This document shows positions 40,964-51,239 of a DNA stretch of 64,000 bases, one piece after another (the first letter of the stretch is position 1; each line of letters opens with the position of its first letter). The notes beneath the pieces are model-generated. The model did no database searches, was not told the origin of the DNA, and was given only the letters and a program-made list of their open reading frames with translations. Location of the stretch: NCBI GenBank assembly GCA_963664875.1, contig OY761611.1, forward strand, positions 1,152,001-1,216,000, written 5' to 3'. The translations under genes were made by a program, and so were the position numbers. Origin of the DNA: Candidatus Kapaibacterium sp. Its GTDB lineage: Bacteria > Bacteroidota > Ignavibacteria > Kapaibacteriales > UBA2268.

Positions 40964-42286
40964 TTAAAATACCAAAGTATCTGCTGTATTTCTTCTGCCA
41001 TGCACTACATTAGGTGCAACGAAAGACCTTGATTTTTTAACAGCTTTTTCAAATTCATCTCTAAATTTGACCACAAATCCTCTTACAGGCCAAGCAGCAG
41101 CATCACCCAGAGCACAGATTGTATTACCTTCGATGTTATTAGCAACGGAGATAAGCAAATCTAAATCCTTGGATGTACCTTCACCATGAGCAATTCTATG
41201 GAGTACTTTTTCCATCCAACCGCAGCCTTCTCGGCAAGGAGTACATTGGCCACATGATTCGTGATGATAGAAATGAGCAATACGCAATACAACTTTTACT
41301 AAATCTGTGTCTTCATCCATCACCATCACACCACCGGTACCGATATGAGTTCCAAGTGGCTTGAGGGATTCTTCGTCCATTCTAACCCCTTCGATTTCAT
41401 CGCCCCTGAGCGGAGGCATAGAAGAACCACCCGGAATAATGGCTTTGATAGCCTTGTTATTGCGCATTCCGCCACACACATCATAAATCAAATCTGTCAG
41501 CAAAATACCAGTCGGCAACTCATAAACACCGGGTTTATTTATATGTCCGCTAACTCCGTAAAGAAGAGTTCCGGCATGGCCGGGAGCTCCGATTTTGGAG
41601 TACTCTTCTGCACCTATTCTAAAAATGGCCGGTACAGTAGCGATAGATTCGACATTGTTTACAGTAGTCGGTTTGCCCCAAAGACCTGATTGAGCAGGAA
41701 ATGGTGGCTTAAATCTTGGGTAAGCACGAATACCTTCGATAGAGTTCATAAGCGAAGTTTCTTCACCGCAGATGTAGGCACCGGCTCCTTTGTGTACATA
41801 AATATCAGTTTTGAAATCTACACCGAAAGTCTCTTTCATTTTATCGCCTACAAAACCTTTAGCATAGGCTTCGTCTACGGCTTTTTGCATGAGATCGACC
41901 CATTTATGATATTCACCTCTGATGTAAATATAGGCAGCAGTAATTTTCATTGCATAATTAGCAATAAGAATACCTTCTATAAGCTGATGCGGATTAAATT
42001 CAAAAATTTGACGATCTTTGAAAGAGCCAGGCTCTGATTCGTCGCCATTGACTGCCAGATATTTAATACCGTCGTCTTTTGGCATAAAAGACCATTTGAG
42101 ACCTGTAGGAAAGCAAGCTCCTCCCCTGCCTCTAAGTCCTGATTTTTTAACAGTATCTATAACTTCTTCGCGAGACATAGTAATAGCTTTTTTGAACTGT
42201 TCGTAGCCACCATGCTGCATATATACATTAATATCAGAAAGATTTTCAATATCCGGCAAAATAAGTTTAGGAGATGCAGTAGTCAT
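40964..42286 (-). CDS. nuoF: NADH:quinone oxidoreductase subunit F (FMN/[4Fe-4S])
   Basis: 'SGLRGRGGACFPTGLKW', 'DESEPG', 'GAGAYICGEET', 'ESCGQCTPCREG', 'TICALGDAAA'. Confidence 0.94.
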   Translation of the reverse strand: MTTASPKLILPDIENLSDINVYMQHGGYEQFKKAITMSREEVIDTVKKSGLRGRGGACFPTGLKWSFMPKDDGIKYLAVNGDESEPGSFKDRQIFEFNPHQLIEGILIANYAMKITAAYIYIRGEYHKWVDLMQKAVDEAYAKGFVGDKMKETFGVDFKTDIYVHKGAGAYICGEETSLMNSIEGIRAYPRFKPPFPAQSGLWGKPTTVNNVESIATVPAIFRIGAEEYSKIGAPGHAGTLLYGVSGHINKPGVYELPTGILLTDLIYDVCGGMRNNKAIKAIIPGGSSMPPLRGDEIEGVRMDEESLKPLGTHIGTGGVMVMDEDTDLVKVVLRIAHFYHHESCGQCTPCREGCGWMEKVLHRIAHGEGTSKDLDLLISVANNIEGNTICALGDAAAWPVRGFVVKFRDEFEKAVKKSRSFVAPNVVHGRRNTADTLVF

Positions 42287-42717
42287 TTTTAAAATCTCAG
42301 ATAGTTAAATTTCAAAATATAGAACATATACACTATGGGAATAGTGCATTGCTATTTCCACTTGACGAAAAAGGCTTGCAAATTAGTCTAAAACGACTAC
42401 AATAAAGCACCAAAAAATTATCTGTAATTGCTATAAGTAAGCCTATTCCAAAATCTAATATAACCGATACAAGATACTTAGGCAATTTGAATTATTCTCA
42501 ACGCTATCATTTCTTTCTTCTCGAGTTAACCGCTGAGCATACCCAAAAGAGCCAGAGTAAAAAGAAGCGAATAATATAACTATCTGATTGGAATCGTTTT
42601 GGTATAGAAGCAAGATGTTGGAAGAGATTTATTTCTGTCTGTGGAAAAGAATAGTTTTTTTACTTAACACAATATTTATAACTTTGAAAGCATTTTTACA
42701 ACAAAATAAGATTCGTT

Positions 42718-43086
42718 ATGAATTTTGACATTACAGGCAGACTTATTGAGAAATTTCCGACTCAGGAAGTAACTGCAAGCTTTAGAAAAAGAGAATTTGT
42801 CTTAGAAACGACAGAAAATTTCAACGGAAGAGAATTTTCGGAAACTATTAAGTTTCAGCTTACGCAGGACAGATGCGATGTGTTAGAGTCTTTTTCAATC
42901 AATGAAGACATTTCTGTTAGATTTAACATCAAAGGCAGAAAATGGGAAAAAGACGGCAAAGTAAGCTATTTCAACAACTTAGAAGCATGGAAAATTGAAA
43001 GAGTATCAAATGGAGCCACTCCGCCTCCATTCGATGAATTGCCACCTGAATTGATGCAGGAAGGCGATGATTTAGTACCTTTCTAA
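42718..43086 (+). CDS. DUF3127 domain protein (OB-fold, SSB-like acidic tail)
   Basis: 'FRKREFVLET', 'FNIKGRKW', 'YFNNLEAWKI', C-terminal DDLVPF. Confidence 0.88.
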   Translation: MNFDITGRLIEKFPTQEVTASFRKREFVLETTENFNGREFSETIKFQLTQDRCDVLESFSINEDISVRFNIKGRKWEKDGKVSYFNNLEAWKIERVSNGATPPPFDELPPELMQEGDDLVPF

Positions 43087-43165
43087 AAAATAATGCTTGC
43101 ACAGTTTACCGGAATCTATTATATTAGTAATTCATGTAAAATTAGCAGATGACTGAGGAAAAATA

Positions 43166-43399
43166 ATGTCGAGAAGATGTGAATTAACAGGTGTCGGCGT
43201 ATTAACAGGTAACAATGTATCTCATGCAAACAACAAAACTCGTCGTCGTTTTCTGCCAAACTTGCAGAAAAAAAGAATTTGGTTGCCTGAAGAAAAGCGT
43301 TACATTACTGTAAAAGTTACAGCAAGAGCTATTAAAACTCTTGACAAAAAAGGCTACAATGCAATGATGAAAGAATTGCAGCAAAAAAATGCTAAATAA
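43166..43399 (+). CDS. rpmB: 50S ribosomal protein L28
   Basis: 'MSRRCELTG...[20 protein letters not shown]'. Confidence 0.97.
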   Translation: MSRRCELTGVGVLTGNNVSHANNKTRRRFLPNLQKKRIWLPEEKRYITVKVTARAIKTLDKKGYNAMMKELQQKNAK

Positions 43400-43430
43400 A
43401 AAAATGCCCTTTTGAAGGGCATTTTTTTTT
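43397..43430 (+). terminator. Intrinsic terminator after rpmB
   Basis: aaaaaatgccctt-ttg-aagggcatttttttt. Confidence 0.85.
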
Positions 43431-43501
43431 ATCTTGCCTAATAATCTACCTCCAAATACTTCTATTCTTTTACTTTACTTAGCTAAAAAAGAAGGATAAG
43501 C

Positions 43502-45109
43502 ATGTACAAACTACTTTTTGTGGGTGCTATGTTGATTGTTCTGTCGGCATGCACATCCACTTATGTACCAAATTTCAACGGACTTACAAGCGGTGTTCGT
43601 GAGCAATACACCTTAGATACAAATTATTTTGAAGGTCAAACTCGCCACAAAGTAATCCGAGCTGCTAATTTACGGATGAAAAAGGACTATGCGGAAGCAG
43701 TCGTAGAGCTACTGGATTTATATAATTATTTTAAAGACCCTTCTATTGCATTTGCTATAGCTGAGAATCTATATGCAATGAATAAACAGACCCTTGCAAA
43801 AACTTATGTCGAAGAGGCTCTGAAATCAGACTCGACATTCATACCCGCTTTTGAATTATTAAGTGAAATCTACCTATCTGAAAGAAATCTTGATAAAGCG
43901 ATTGAGATAATAAATTTTGTCCAGTCGGTTGATTACAAAACAGAAAGAGACTTTGATCTTGCTTTTGCATACGAATTTGTCAATCCACACAAAGCCATCG
44001 AAAAGTATGAATTCCTTTTTGATAAGTACCCTGAAGAGAGAATATCCGAAAGGCTGCTATTCCTATACGAAAAGACAGGCAAAACCGACAAAAAAATAAG
44101 TATGCTAAAGGAACGATACCTTGCGAACCCAATAAACAGTCAAACAACAAAAGAATTGTTCTCCTTTTGGTTAAACAATGGCGACCTAAATGAACTTCTG
44201 ATATTTACTTTTGAAAACGAATCTCGGATTAAGACTGAAGATTTGGTTCTTATCTATGGCTCCGCGGCACAGAAAATGATAAGCGGCGCAGAATATAACA
44301 TGAATATTTTAGATACATTGCTTTCGAAATTTGATATTCGTTTCACTAATGATTGGCAGCTTTATCTTCAGGGATTTTTTCTGGCTGCAGACAACAATTT
44401 GGTTTCATACGAAAAACAATTTTTAGCAATGATAGAACGTTTTTCTGATAAAAAGCAGGATGTATTTTTAGAAATCTCAGTTTTTTTTCAGAGAAAAAAT
44501 AGATATATTGACGCAGAAAATCTATTAACACACTATTATACTGTATTTAGTCAAGACTTCCGCTATCCTTTCCTGTTGGGACTCAATTATCTCTATCAGG
44601 AAAATGATACAAAAGCACTTGAGAATATGTATGAAGCAATTGCAATTGACAGTAATTCTGTTGATGTATGGGTTAATATTGGTATAATATATGATAGATT
44701 AAACAATGTAGATTCGGCAGAAGTTGCTTATAAAAGGGCACTTTCTATAAATAATATGCACGCGCTTGCCAATAATAATTATGCATATTCGCTGGCAAGT
44801 ACCGGGAAAGAATTAAGGAAAGCTCTGGAGATGGTACAAACAGCGTTACAGAGCGAACCCAACAACTCTGCTTATTTGGATACTTACGGATGGGTTTTAT
44901 TCAAACTAGGAAAAAAAGAGTTAGCAATCGAGCAAATATTAAAATCTATAGAAATTGGTGGAGCAGGTCCGGAAGTTTACGAACATCTTGGTGATATTTA
45001 TAAAGAAATCGGCAAAATGGACGATGCTATAAGAGCATACAAAGACGGTTTGTCAAACTTCCCGAATAATGATTTGCTCAAAACAAAATTGGAAGAGATT
45101 AGTAAATAA
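43502..45109 (+). CDS. TPR repeat lipoprotein
   Basis: Lipobox LSAC, TPR repeats, 'ANNNYAYSLA', 'AYLDTYGWVLFK', 'EHLGDIY'. Confidence 0.87.
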   Translation: MYKLLFVGAMLIVLSACTSTYVPNFNGLTSGVREQYTLDTNYFEGQTRHKVIRAANLRMKKDYAEAVVELLDLYNYFKDPSIAFAIAENLYAMNKQTLAKTYVEEALKSDSTFIPAFELLSEIYLSERNLDKAIEIINFVQSVDYKTERDFDLAFAYEFVNPHKAIEKYEFLFDKYPEERISERLLFLYEKTGKTDKKISMLKERYLANPINSQTTKELFSFWLNNGDLNELLIFTFENESRIKTEDLVLIYGSAAQKMISGAEYNMNILDTLLSKFDIRFTNDWQLYLQGFFLAADNNLVSYEKQFLAMIERFSDKKQDVFLEISVFFQRKNRYIDAENLLTHYYTVFSQDFRYPFLLGLNYLYQENDTKALENMYEAIAIDSNSVDVWVNIGIIYDRLNNVDSAEVAYKRALSINNMHALANNNYAYSLASTGKELRKALEMVQTALQSEPNNSAYLDTYGWVLFKLGKKELAIEQILKSIEIGGAGPEVYEHLGDIYKEIGKMDDAIRAYKDGLSNFPNNDLLKTKLEEISK

Positions 45110-45127
45110 TTTACAGGTAAGAGAAAT

Positions 45128-45979
45128 ATGTTTGTCATAATTGGTGTTGTACTCGTATTTGCCTCTTTGATTATCGGCTACACAATGCACGGCGGTAATC
45201 TTTTAATACTTTGGCAGCTAAACGAATATATTATCATTGGTGGGATAGCCATAGGCACATTGCTTATTGCAAATCCTTTATCGATTGTTATTGCTGTAAT
45301 AAAAGGTATGATAGGCACTTTAAAAGGTCCTTCTGTAAACAAACAAGTATATTTAGAATTGATGAAAATGCTTTATGAATTATTCCAATTTGCGAAAAGA
45401 GAAGGTTTGATAGCTCTCGAACAGCACATTGAAAATCCCGAATCAAGTTCGATAATATCCAAATATCCTTCCTTTTTGAAAAACCATCATGCTGTAGATT
45501 TTTTGTGCGATACACTGAAGGTTGTATTATCCGGTGGTGTTCCTGCTCATGATTTGGAAGAGCTTATGGATTTGGATATTGAGGCATTGCATCAAGAAGA
45601 ACACAAGCCTGCACACGCACTCTCCATTGTATCAGATGCATTCCCCGGTCTTGGTATCGTGGCAGCCGTACTTGGTATTATCATAACAATGGGGCATATT
45701 AATGACGGTGCTGAAGCTGTGGGACAGTCAGTAGGTGCAGCACTTGTGGGTACATTTTTTGGTATTTTGATGTCTTATGGTATTTTTGGACCACTTTCAG
45801 CAGCTATGGCAAGCAATGTTGCAACAGACGCAAAATATATTGAGAGCATAAAAGCTGCATTATTGTCTTTTGCTAAAGGTGCTCCGGCAGCGGTTGCGAT
45901 AGAGTATGCAAGAAGAACTATCGATCCTCACAATAGACCTACATTTAATGAAACTGAATCGGCGTACAAAGGCGGTTAA
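45128..45979 (+). CDS. motA: Flagellar-type stator protein MotA
   Basis: Four TM helices, 'AKREGLIALEQHIE', 'PGLGIVAAVLGII', 'GAALVGTFFGI', 'RPTFNE'. Confidence 0.92.
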   Translation: MFVIIGVVLVFASLIIGYTMHGGNLLILWQLNEYIIIGGIAIGTLLIANPLSIVIAVIKGMIGTLKGPSVNKQVYLELMKMLYELFQFAKREGLIALEQHIENPESSSIISKYPSFLKNHHAVDFLCDTLKVVLSGGVPAHDLEELMDLDIEALHQEEHKPAHALSIVSDAFPGLGIVAAVLGIIITMGHINDGAEAVGQSVGAALVGTFFGILMSYGIFGPLSAAMASNVATDAKYIESIKAALLSFAKGAPAAVAIEYARRTIDPHNRPTFNETESAYKGG

Positions 45980-45993
45980 GAGGGATAAGGAAA

Positions 45994-46944
45994 ATGGCTG
46001 AAGAACAAAAACAAGGCGGCGATCATAAAGAGCAGCCCATAATAGTAAAAAAAGTCAAAAAAGTTGTCGGCGGTGGACACGGCGGTGCCTGGAAGGTAGC
46101 TTATGCCGATTTCGTTACAGCGATGATGGCATTCTTTATTGTTATGTGGATTCTCGCATCATCAGCAGAAGTAAAAGAGCAGGTTACTGCATATTTTGAA
46201 GATCCGGGAGCTTTCAGTTTCACTACAGGTAAAAGAACTATACCTATAGATTTGGGTTTGAAACCAGTGCCAAGCAAAGGCGAAGGCGATGGTGAGGCCG
46301 GCGAAAAATCATCGAGTAACGGACAAGGTGGTTTTATGCAGTTTGAGGTCAAACTCGACAAGGATTCGAGAGATTCTTTGATTGATCAAATGAAGGAACA
46401 GGCTGCAAAGGACAGCCTTGCGGCTCAAAAACGAGTTGAAAGCTTAGGCAAAGAGCTGGGTGATGCCCTAAAAGAGCTTATGGCAAAACAACCCGAACTA
46501 AAAGAAATTTTATCTTCTATCATAATAGAAATGACTAAAGAGGGACTTAAAATTGAATTGATTGAATCCTCAGAGTCATTGTTTTTTGATATAGGCAGCG
46601 CTAATGTCAGAAAAGAAGCAAGAGATATATTGCAGAAGCTTGCAGTAGAAATAGGGAAACTACCTAATCATGTTGTAATCGAAGGGCACACAGACAGTAG
46701 GAACTACGCTGCAAATGCTAAATATACTAACTGGGAACTATCTGCGGACAGAGCGAATGCTGCAAGAAGAATACTCGAAACAGCAGGTCTATGGGAAGGT
46801 CAGGTCATGAGCGTTACCGGCTATGCTGACAAACAGCTAAGAAACATTCAAAATCCGTTTGATATATCAAACAGAAGAATTAGTATCATAATCAAGCAAA
46901 TCAGAGCAGATCAGTTTTTGCCTGAAGCAGTAGCAGCGGAGTAA
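45994..46944 (+). CDS. motB: Flagellar-type stator protein MotB
   Basis: 'HGGAWKVAYADFVTAMMAFF' containing the critical Asp, and OmpA-like domain 'EGHTD...NWELSADRANAAR...NRRI'. Confidence 0.92.
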   Translation: MAEEQKQGGDHKEQPIIVKKVKKVVGGGHGGAWKVAYADFVTAMMAFFIVMWILASSAEVKEQVTAYFEDPGAFSFTTGKRTIPIDLGLKPVPSKGEGDGEAGEKSSSNGQGGFMQFEVKLDKDSRDSLIDQMKEQAAKDSLAAQKRVESLGKELGDALKELMAKQPELKEILSSIIIEMTKEGLKIELIESSESLFFDIGSANVRKEARDILQKLAVEIGKLPNHVVIEGHTDSRNYAANAKYTNWELSADRANAARRILETAGLWEGQVMSVTGYADKQLRNIQNPFDISNRRISIIIKQIRADQFLPEAVAAE

Positions 46945-46946
46945 GT

Positions 46947-48155
46947 ATGGAAAATCAAAAGTTATCATTTCTTTTTGTTGATGATGAGCCTGCTATCATT
47001 GCGTTGCTTAAAGCTACAATAGCCGGTTACTTCAAGGAATCGAAAGTACTTACCGCGAATAATGGCGAAGATGCATGGGAGATAATACAAAATCAAAAAC
47101 CTGATATAGTTATTTCTGATGTATCTATGCCTAAGATGGACGGGATACAGCTTCTTATCAAAACAAGAGCAAATCAGCAGCTAAACGATATATATTTCAT
47201 TGTGATGACTGCTTTGGACAATCCTGAGCAAAGCAATCTTGCATTGGAAAAAGGTGCCGATGATTTTATAAAAAAGCCAATCGAAACTAATTCTTTCATT
47301 GCGAGACTTAGAGCTGCTATACGCTTTGTCAATCTGCAGAAACAAAAGCGTGAAGAAAATGAATTACTACATCAGCTTGCTGACGAGCTAAGAAGCGATA
47401 TTCAGGATACGATTATGCTTGCGGTTAAATTTTTGGAAGCAAGGATTCCTGCAAGCTTCGAAGCACTAAAAAGAATAAGCGAAGCCTCTCTTTGGATAGC
47501 TAAACATCTTGATTTTGTCCAAGAGGAAGAATATGATGATATAGAAATAGCAGGATACCTAAGCGAAGCCGGTCGCATTTTCCTCCCCGATCATTTAGTT
47601 AAAAAGCCGGTATTAGATTTAGGCATACCAACCGATCCGATAATGTATCAGATTCCAAATTCGGCGAGAAGCATAGTCCAATCAGTAGGTAGATTTAAAA
47701 ATGTTGCTAACATACTATTTCATGTTTACGAAAATTTGGACGGAAGTGGATTTCCGGAAAGACTCATCTCCTGGCAGATTCCCATAGGTTCCAGAATAGT
47801 CCGTGTGGCATTGGATTACGAAGAAGCCAGAATATTTTCAGAACGTAGCCCGCGCGAAATTTTGAATATGATGAACAACGACCAGAGTAAACTCTATGAC
47901 CACCGAGTAGTAGTGTTGTTTGATCAATACATAAGATCAGTCAGAAAAGAAGACTACGACCCAAGCGAAATAGGAATTACGATAGCAGAGTTGAAATCAG
48001 GCATGAAATTGACTCGAGACATAATCACAGATAGAGGTCTTAAATTAATCCCTGCCGGTTCGGAATTGACAGATAAAACGATAGAAAGGCTTATTTCTCA
48101 CAACACAGCAGATCCAATACTCGGTAATATTTTTGTAAAAAAAAGCCGCTTATAA
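46947..48155 (+). CDS. Response regulator: REC plus degenerate HD-GYP domain
   Basis: REC 'VDDE...SDVSMPKMDG...KP'. HD-GYP-like 'HVYENLDGSGFP...IPIGSRIVRVA' with the HD motif replaced ('LSEAGR'). Confidence 0.8.
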   Translation: MENQKLSFLFVDDEPAIIALLKATIAGYFKESKVLTANNGEDAWEIIQNQKPDIVISDVSMPKMDGIQLLIKTRANQQLNDIYFIVMTALDNPEQSNLALEKGADDFIKKPIETNSFIARLRAAIRFVNLQKQKREENELLHQLADELRSDIQDTIMLAVKFLEARIPASFEALKRISEASLWIAKHLDFVQEEEYDDIEIAGYLSEAGRIFLPDHLVKKPVLDLGIPTDPIMYQIPNSARSIVQSVGRFKNVANILFHVYENLDGSGFPERLISWQIPIGSRIVRVALDYEEARIFSERSPREILNMMNNDQSKLYDHRVVVLFDQYIRSVRKEDYDPSEIGITIAELKSGMKLTRDIITDRGLKLIPAGSELTDKTIERLISHNTADPILGNIFVKKSRL

Positions 48156-48170
48156 TTTAAGCGGCTTTTT
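48138..48170. terminator. Bidirectional terminator between the regulator and thrS
   Basis: aaaaaaagccgctta-taatt-taagcggcttttt. Confidence 0.82.
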
Positions 48171-48180
48171 TATCTATTGA

Positions 48181-50127
48181 TTAGTCATGTTTTCTTTTAG
48201 CACCGGGCACATTCAACTCTGTGAATAATTTAATAGCCTCTTCGATGTCCATCTTGCCTATATCGCCAACAGTGTGTTCGCGAACAGAAACAGTACCGGA
48301 TTCAATTTCTTTAGCACCAATAATCAGTGCAAATGGAATTTTAGCTTGCTCAGATTCAGCAATCTTACGGTTGACTTTTTCAGCTCTGCCATCATAAACC
48401 GCTCTAAATCCAAGACTTTCCAATCTTTCAGTCAATTCTTTAGCATATTCCTGCTGGTCTCCACCGATAGGAAGCACTGAAATTTGCTCAGGAGCTAACC
48501 AGAATGGGAAATTGCCGGCAGTATGTTCGATAAGAACAGCCACAAATCTTTCCATTGAACCAAAAGGTGCTCTGTGGATCATAATCGGTCTGTGTTTGTT
48601 ATCATCAGCACCGATATATTCCAAATCGAAGCGTTCAGGCAAGTTGTAGTCAACTTGAATAGTACCAAGCTGCCAGCTTCTGCCCAAGGCATCTTTAATC
48701 ATAAAGTCAAGCTTAGGACCATAAAATGCTGCTTCACCAGTCTCAGTTACAGTTTCTAAACCTTTTTCTTCGCAGGCTTCAATGATTGCTCTCTCAGCTT
48801 TTTGCCAGTTCTCTTCGCTTCCGATATATTTCTCTTTGTTATCAGGATCACGAAGTGAAATCTGAGCAGTAAAGTTCTCAAATTGAAGCGCATCAAATAT
48901 GATAAAGATAATATCTATTACTTTTTTGAATTCGTCTTTCAACTGGTCAGAAGTACAGAAAATATGTGCATCATCTTGAGTAAAACTTCTTACACGAGTC
49001 AAACCATGAAGCTCGCCGCTCTGTTCGTATCTATACACAGTACCAAACTCAGCAAATCTTACAGGTAAATCTTTATACGAGCGAGGTCTTGTTTTATAAA
49101 TTTCGCAGTGGTGCGGGCAGTTCATTGGTTTAAGCATGAACTCTTCTCCTTCATAAGGAGTGCTGATTGTTTGATATGAATCCTCAGCATATTTCTGGAA
49201 GTGACCTGATGTTTTGTACAAGTTCACATCTCCAATATGAGGAGTAATCACCTGATCGTAGCCAAATCTTTTTTGTACGGATTTGAGGAATTTTTCTAAC
49301 TGTTCTCTCAAAATTGCACCTTTGGGCAGCCACAAAGGCAAGCCTTGGCCAACACTTTGTGAAAATGCAAATAGGCCGAGCTCTTTGCCGAGACGTCTAT
49401 GGTCTCTTCTTTCAGCTTCTTCGCGTTTTTCTACCCATTCATCCAACATTGCCTGTTTAGGGAATGTTATACCGTAAATACGAGTAAGCATCTGTCTATC
49501 TGAATCTCCACGCCAATAAGCACCTGCAATAGAGTAAAACTTAACAGCTTTAAAGACAGATGTGTTAGGTACGTGTGCCCCTCTACACAAATCAACAAAA
49601 TTACCTTGTTTGTACAATGTAATTTCATCTTCTTTTAGACCTTCCAGCAGTTCAATTTTGTAAGGGTCGCCGACTTTATTAAAATAATCTACAGCATCGT
49701 CCCAAGAAATTTCCATCCTTTCATAATTGGATTTTCTTTTAGCCAATTCTTTAAATTTATTTTCTAACGTTGGTATATCTTCAGAAGAAATTTTGACTCC
49801 TTCAGGCAATTCCATATCGTAATAAAAGCCATTTTCGATTGAAGGACCTATACCAAATTTAGTACCCGGATAAAGCTCAGCAACTGCTTCTGCCATAAGG
49901 TGAGCTGAGGAGTGCCAATATATCTCTTTACCTTCTTCATCATTAAAGGTTACAAAACGAATATTAGCATCTTCATTTATTTTACGAGACAAATCATATT
50001 TTTTATCATTCACAAAACAGCCCAGGGCATTGCGAGCAAGACCTTCAGAAATAGATAGAGCTATCTCCATACCTGTTGTACCGTCAGCATACTCACGCAC
50101 ATTTCCATCAGGAAAAGTAATCTTCAT
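48181..50127 (-). CDS. thrS: Threonine--tRNA ligase
   Basis: TGS domain, 'HSSAHL', 'DLCRG', 'KPMNCPHH', 'AFYGPKLD', '[12 protein letters not shown]'. Confidence 0.97.
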   Translation of the reverse strand: MKITFPDGNVREYADGTTGMEIALSISEGLARNALGCFVNDKKYDLSRKINEDANIRFVTFNDEEGKEIYWHSSAHLMAEAVAELYPGTKFGIGPSIENGFYYDMELPEGVKISSEDIPTLENKFKELAKRKSNYERMEISWDDAVDYFNKVGDPYKIELLEGLKEDEITLYKQGNFVDLCRGAHVPNTSVFKAVKFYSIAGAYWRGDSDRQMLTRIYGITFPKQAMLDEWVEKREEAERRDHRRLGKELGLFAFSQSVGQGLPLWLPKGAILREQLEKFLKSVQKRFGYDQVITPHIGDVNLYKTSGHFQKYAEDSYQTISTPYEGEEFMLKPMNCPHHCEIYKTRPRSYKDLPVRFAEFGTVYRYEQSGELHGLTRVRSFTQDDAHIFCTSDQLKDEFKKVIDIIFIIFDALQFENFTAQISLRDPDNKEKYIGSEENWQKAERAIIEACEEKGLETVTETGEAAFYGPKLDFMIKDALGRSWQLGTIQVDYNLPERFDLEYIGADDNKHRPIMIHRAPFGSMERFVAVLIEHTAGNFPFWLAPEQISVLPIGGDQQEYAKELTERLESLGFRAVYDGRAEKVNRKIAESEQAKIPFALIIGAKEIESGTVSVREHTVGDIGKMDIEEAIKLFTELNVPGAKRKHD

Positions 50128-50317
50128 AACGCATTCCAATTCTATATAATAAAATATCTATTGTTATCAATTTACAAATATACATAATGTTCCTAAAGAA
50201 CGTTCAAATACTATGTAAATTTTTTTTATTATATTGATTTAGGCAAACGAAAGCACAAAGATAGACTATAAACAATACCTATCAGTCTATTCTTCAAAGC
50301 ACTGGAGAAAGAAACAG

Positions 50318-51235
50318 ATGTACCTAACAGAAAAATATATAAACCCGTTTACGGATTATGGTTTCAAAAAGCTATTTGGTGAAGAGCCTAATAAGGATTT
50401 GCTTAAAGACTTCCTTAGCGAACTTTTGCGTGAAGAGCAGGGAGAAATCAAGGAACTCACTTATTTAAAAAATGAGCATCTTGGTTCGACGGATATGGAC
50501 AGAAAAGCTATTTTTGATCTTTACTGTGAAAATGAAAAAGGTGAAAAATTTATTGTTGAACTCCAAAAAACAAAGCAGAATTTCTTTAAAGACAGAACCG
50601 TTTACTATTCCACCTTCCCTATCACCGAGCAGGCAAAAAGGAATGATTGGAATTTTGAACTAAAGGCGGTTTATACAATTGCAATTTTGGATTTTGTTTT
50701 TGATGAAGACAAAGACCAGCCTGATAAATTCAGATACGATGTGAAGTTATCAGATATAGAAACGCATAAAGTTTTCTACGATAAATTGACATTTATATAT
50801 TTAGAAATGCCTAAATTTAATAAGTCAGTCGATGAGTTAGAAACTCGCTTTGATAAATGGCTTTATGTTTTGAAAAATATGACCAGATTGGACAATATAC
50901 CCGAAAAACTCAGAGAGAAAATATTCCTTAAGCTATTTGAAACAGCTGAGATTGCTCGATTTACTCCGGAACAAGCCAAATCCTACGAAGAAAGTTTGAA
51001 ACATTATCGTGATTTGAAAAATTCTCTCGATACCGCTCATGATGAAGGATATTAGGAAGGTTTTGTTGAGGGAATTGAAGAAGGCAGAAAAGAGGGAATT
51101 GAAGAAGGTAGAAATGAAGCCAATATCAATACCATAAATAAACTTCACAATTCCGGTTTTTCGAAAACTCAAATTGCAGAAATACTTGGATTTGATATTA
51201 GTTATGTAGAAAATATATTATCTAAAGCGAAGTAG
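50318..51235 (+). pseudogene. Rpn family PD-(D/E)XK nuclease with in-frame TAG at 51053-51055 (245 aa to the TAG, 305 aa if read through)
   Basis: 'PFTDYGFKKLFG', 'DLYC...IVELQ', 'YLEMPKF', 'DKWLYVLK'. After the TAG the frame continues EGFVEGIEEGRKEG...IAEILG...KAK to TAG at 51233-51235, the typical Rpn EG-repeat/HTH tail. Confidence 0.8.
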
Positions 51236-51239
51236 CAAT

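Noticed and set aside
42287-42717. Riboswitch or sRNA in the long nuoF-DUF3127 divergent gap
   Set aside because: Only one small hairpin (ggaatag...ctatttcc) is present, with no recognisable riboswitch or tRNA motif or ORF.
45128-46944. Zorya (ZorA/ZorB) anti-phage system
   Set aside because: MotA has the standard 283-aa 4-TM flagellar form without the long ZorA tail, and no ZorC/D/E genes are adjacent.
48181-50127. thrS not followed by infC-rpmI-rplT
   Set aside because: Loss of this linkage occurs in many lineages and is not informative by itself.
51053-51055. Genome-wide TAG recoding or pyrrolysine
   Set aside because: TAG ends several complete genes in the window (e.g. 26559, 29306, 40872) and no pyl genes are present.
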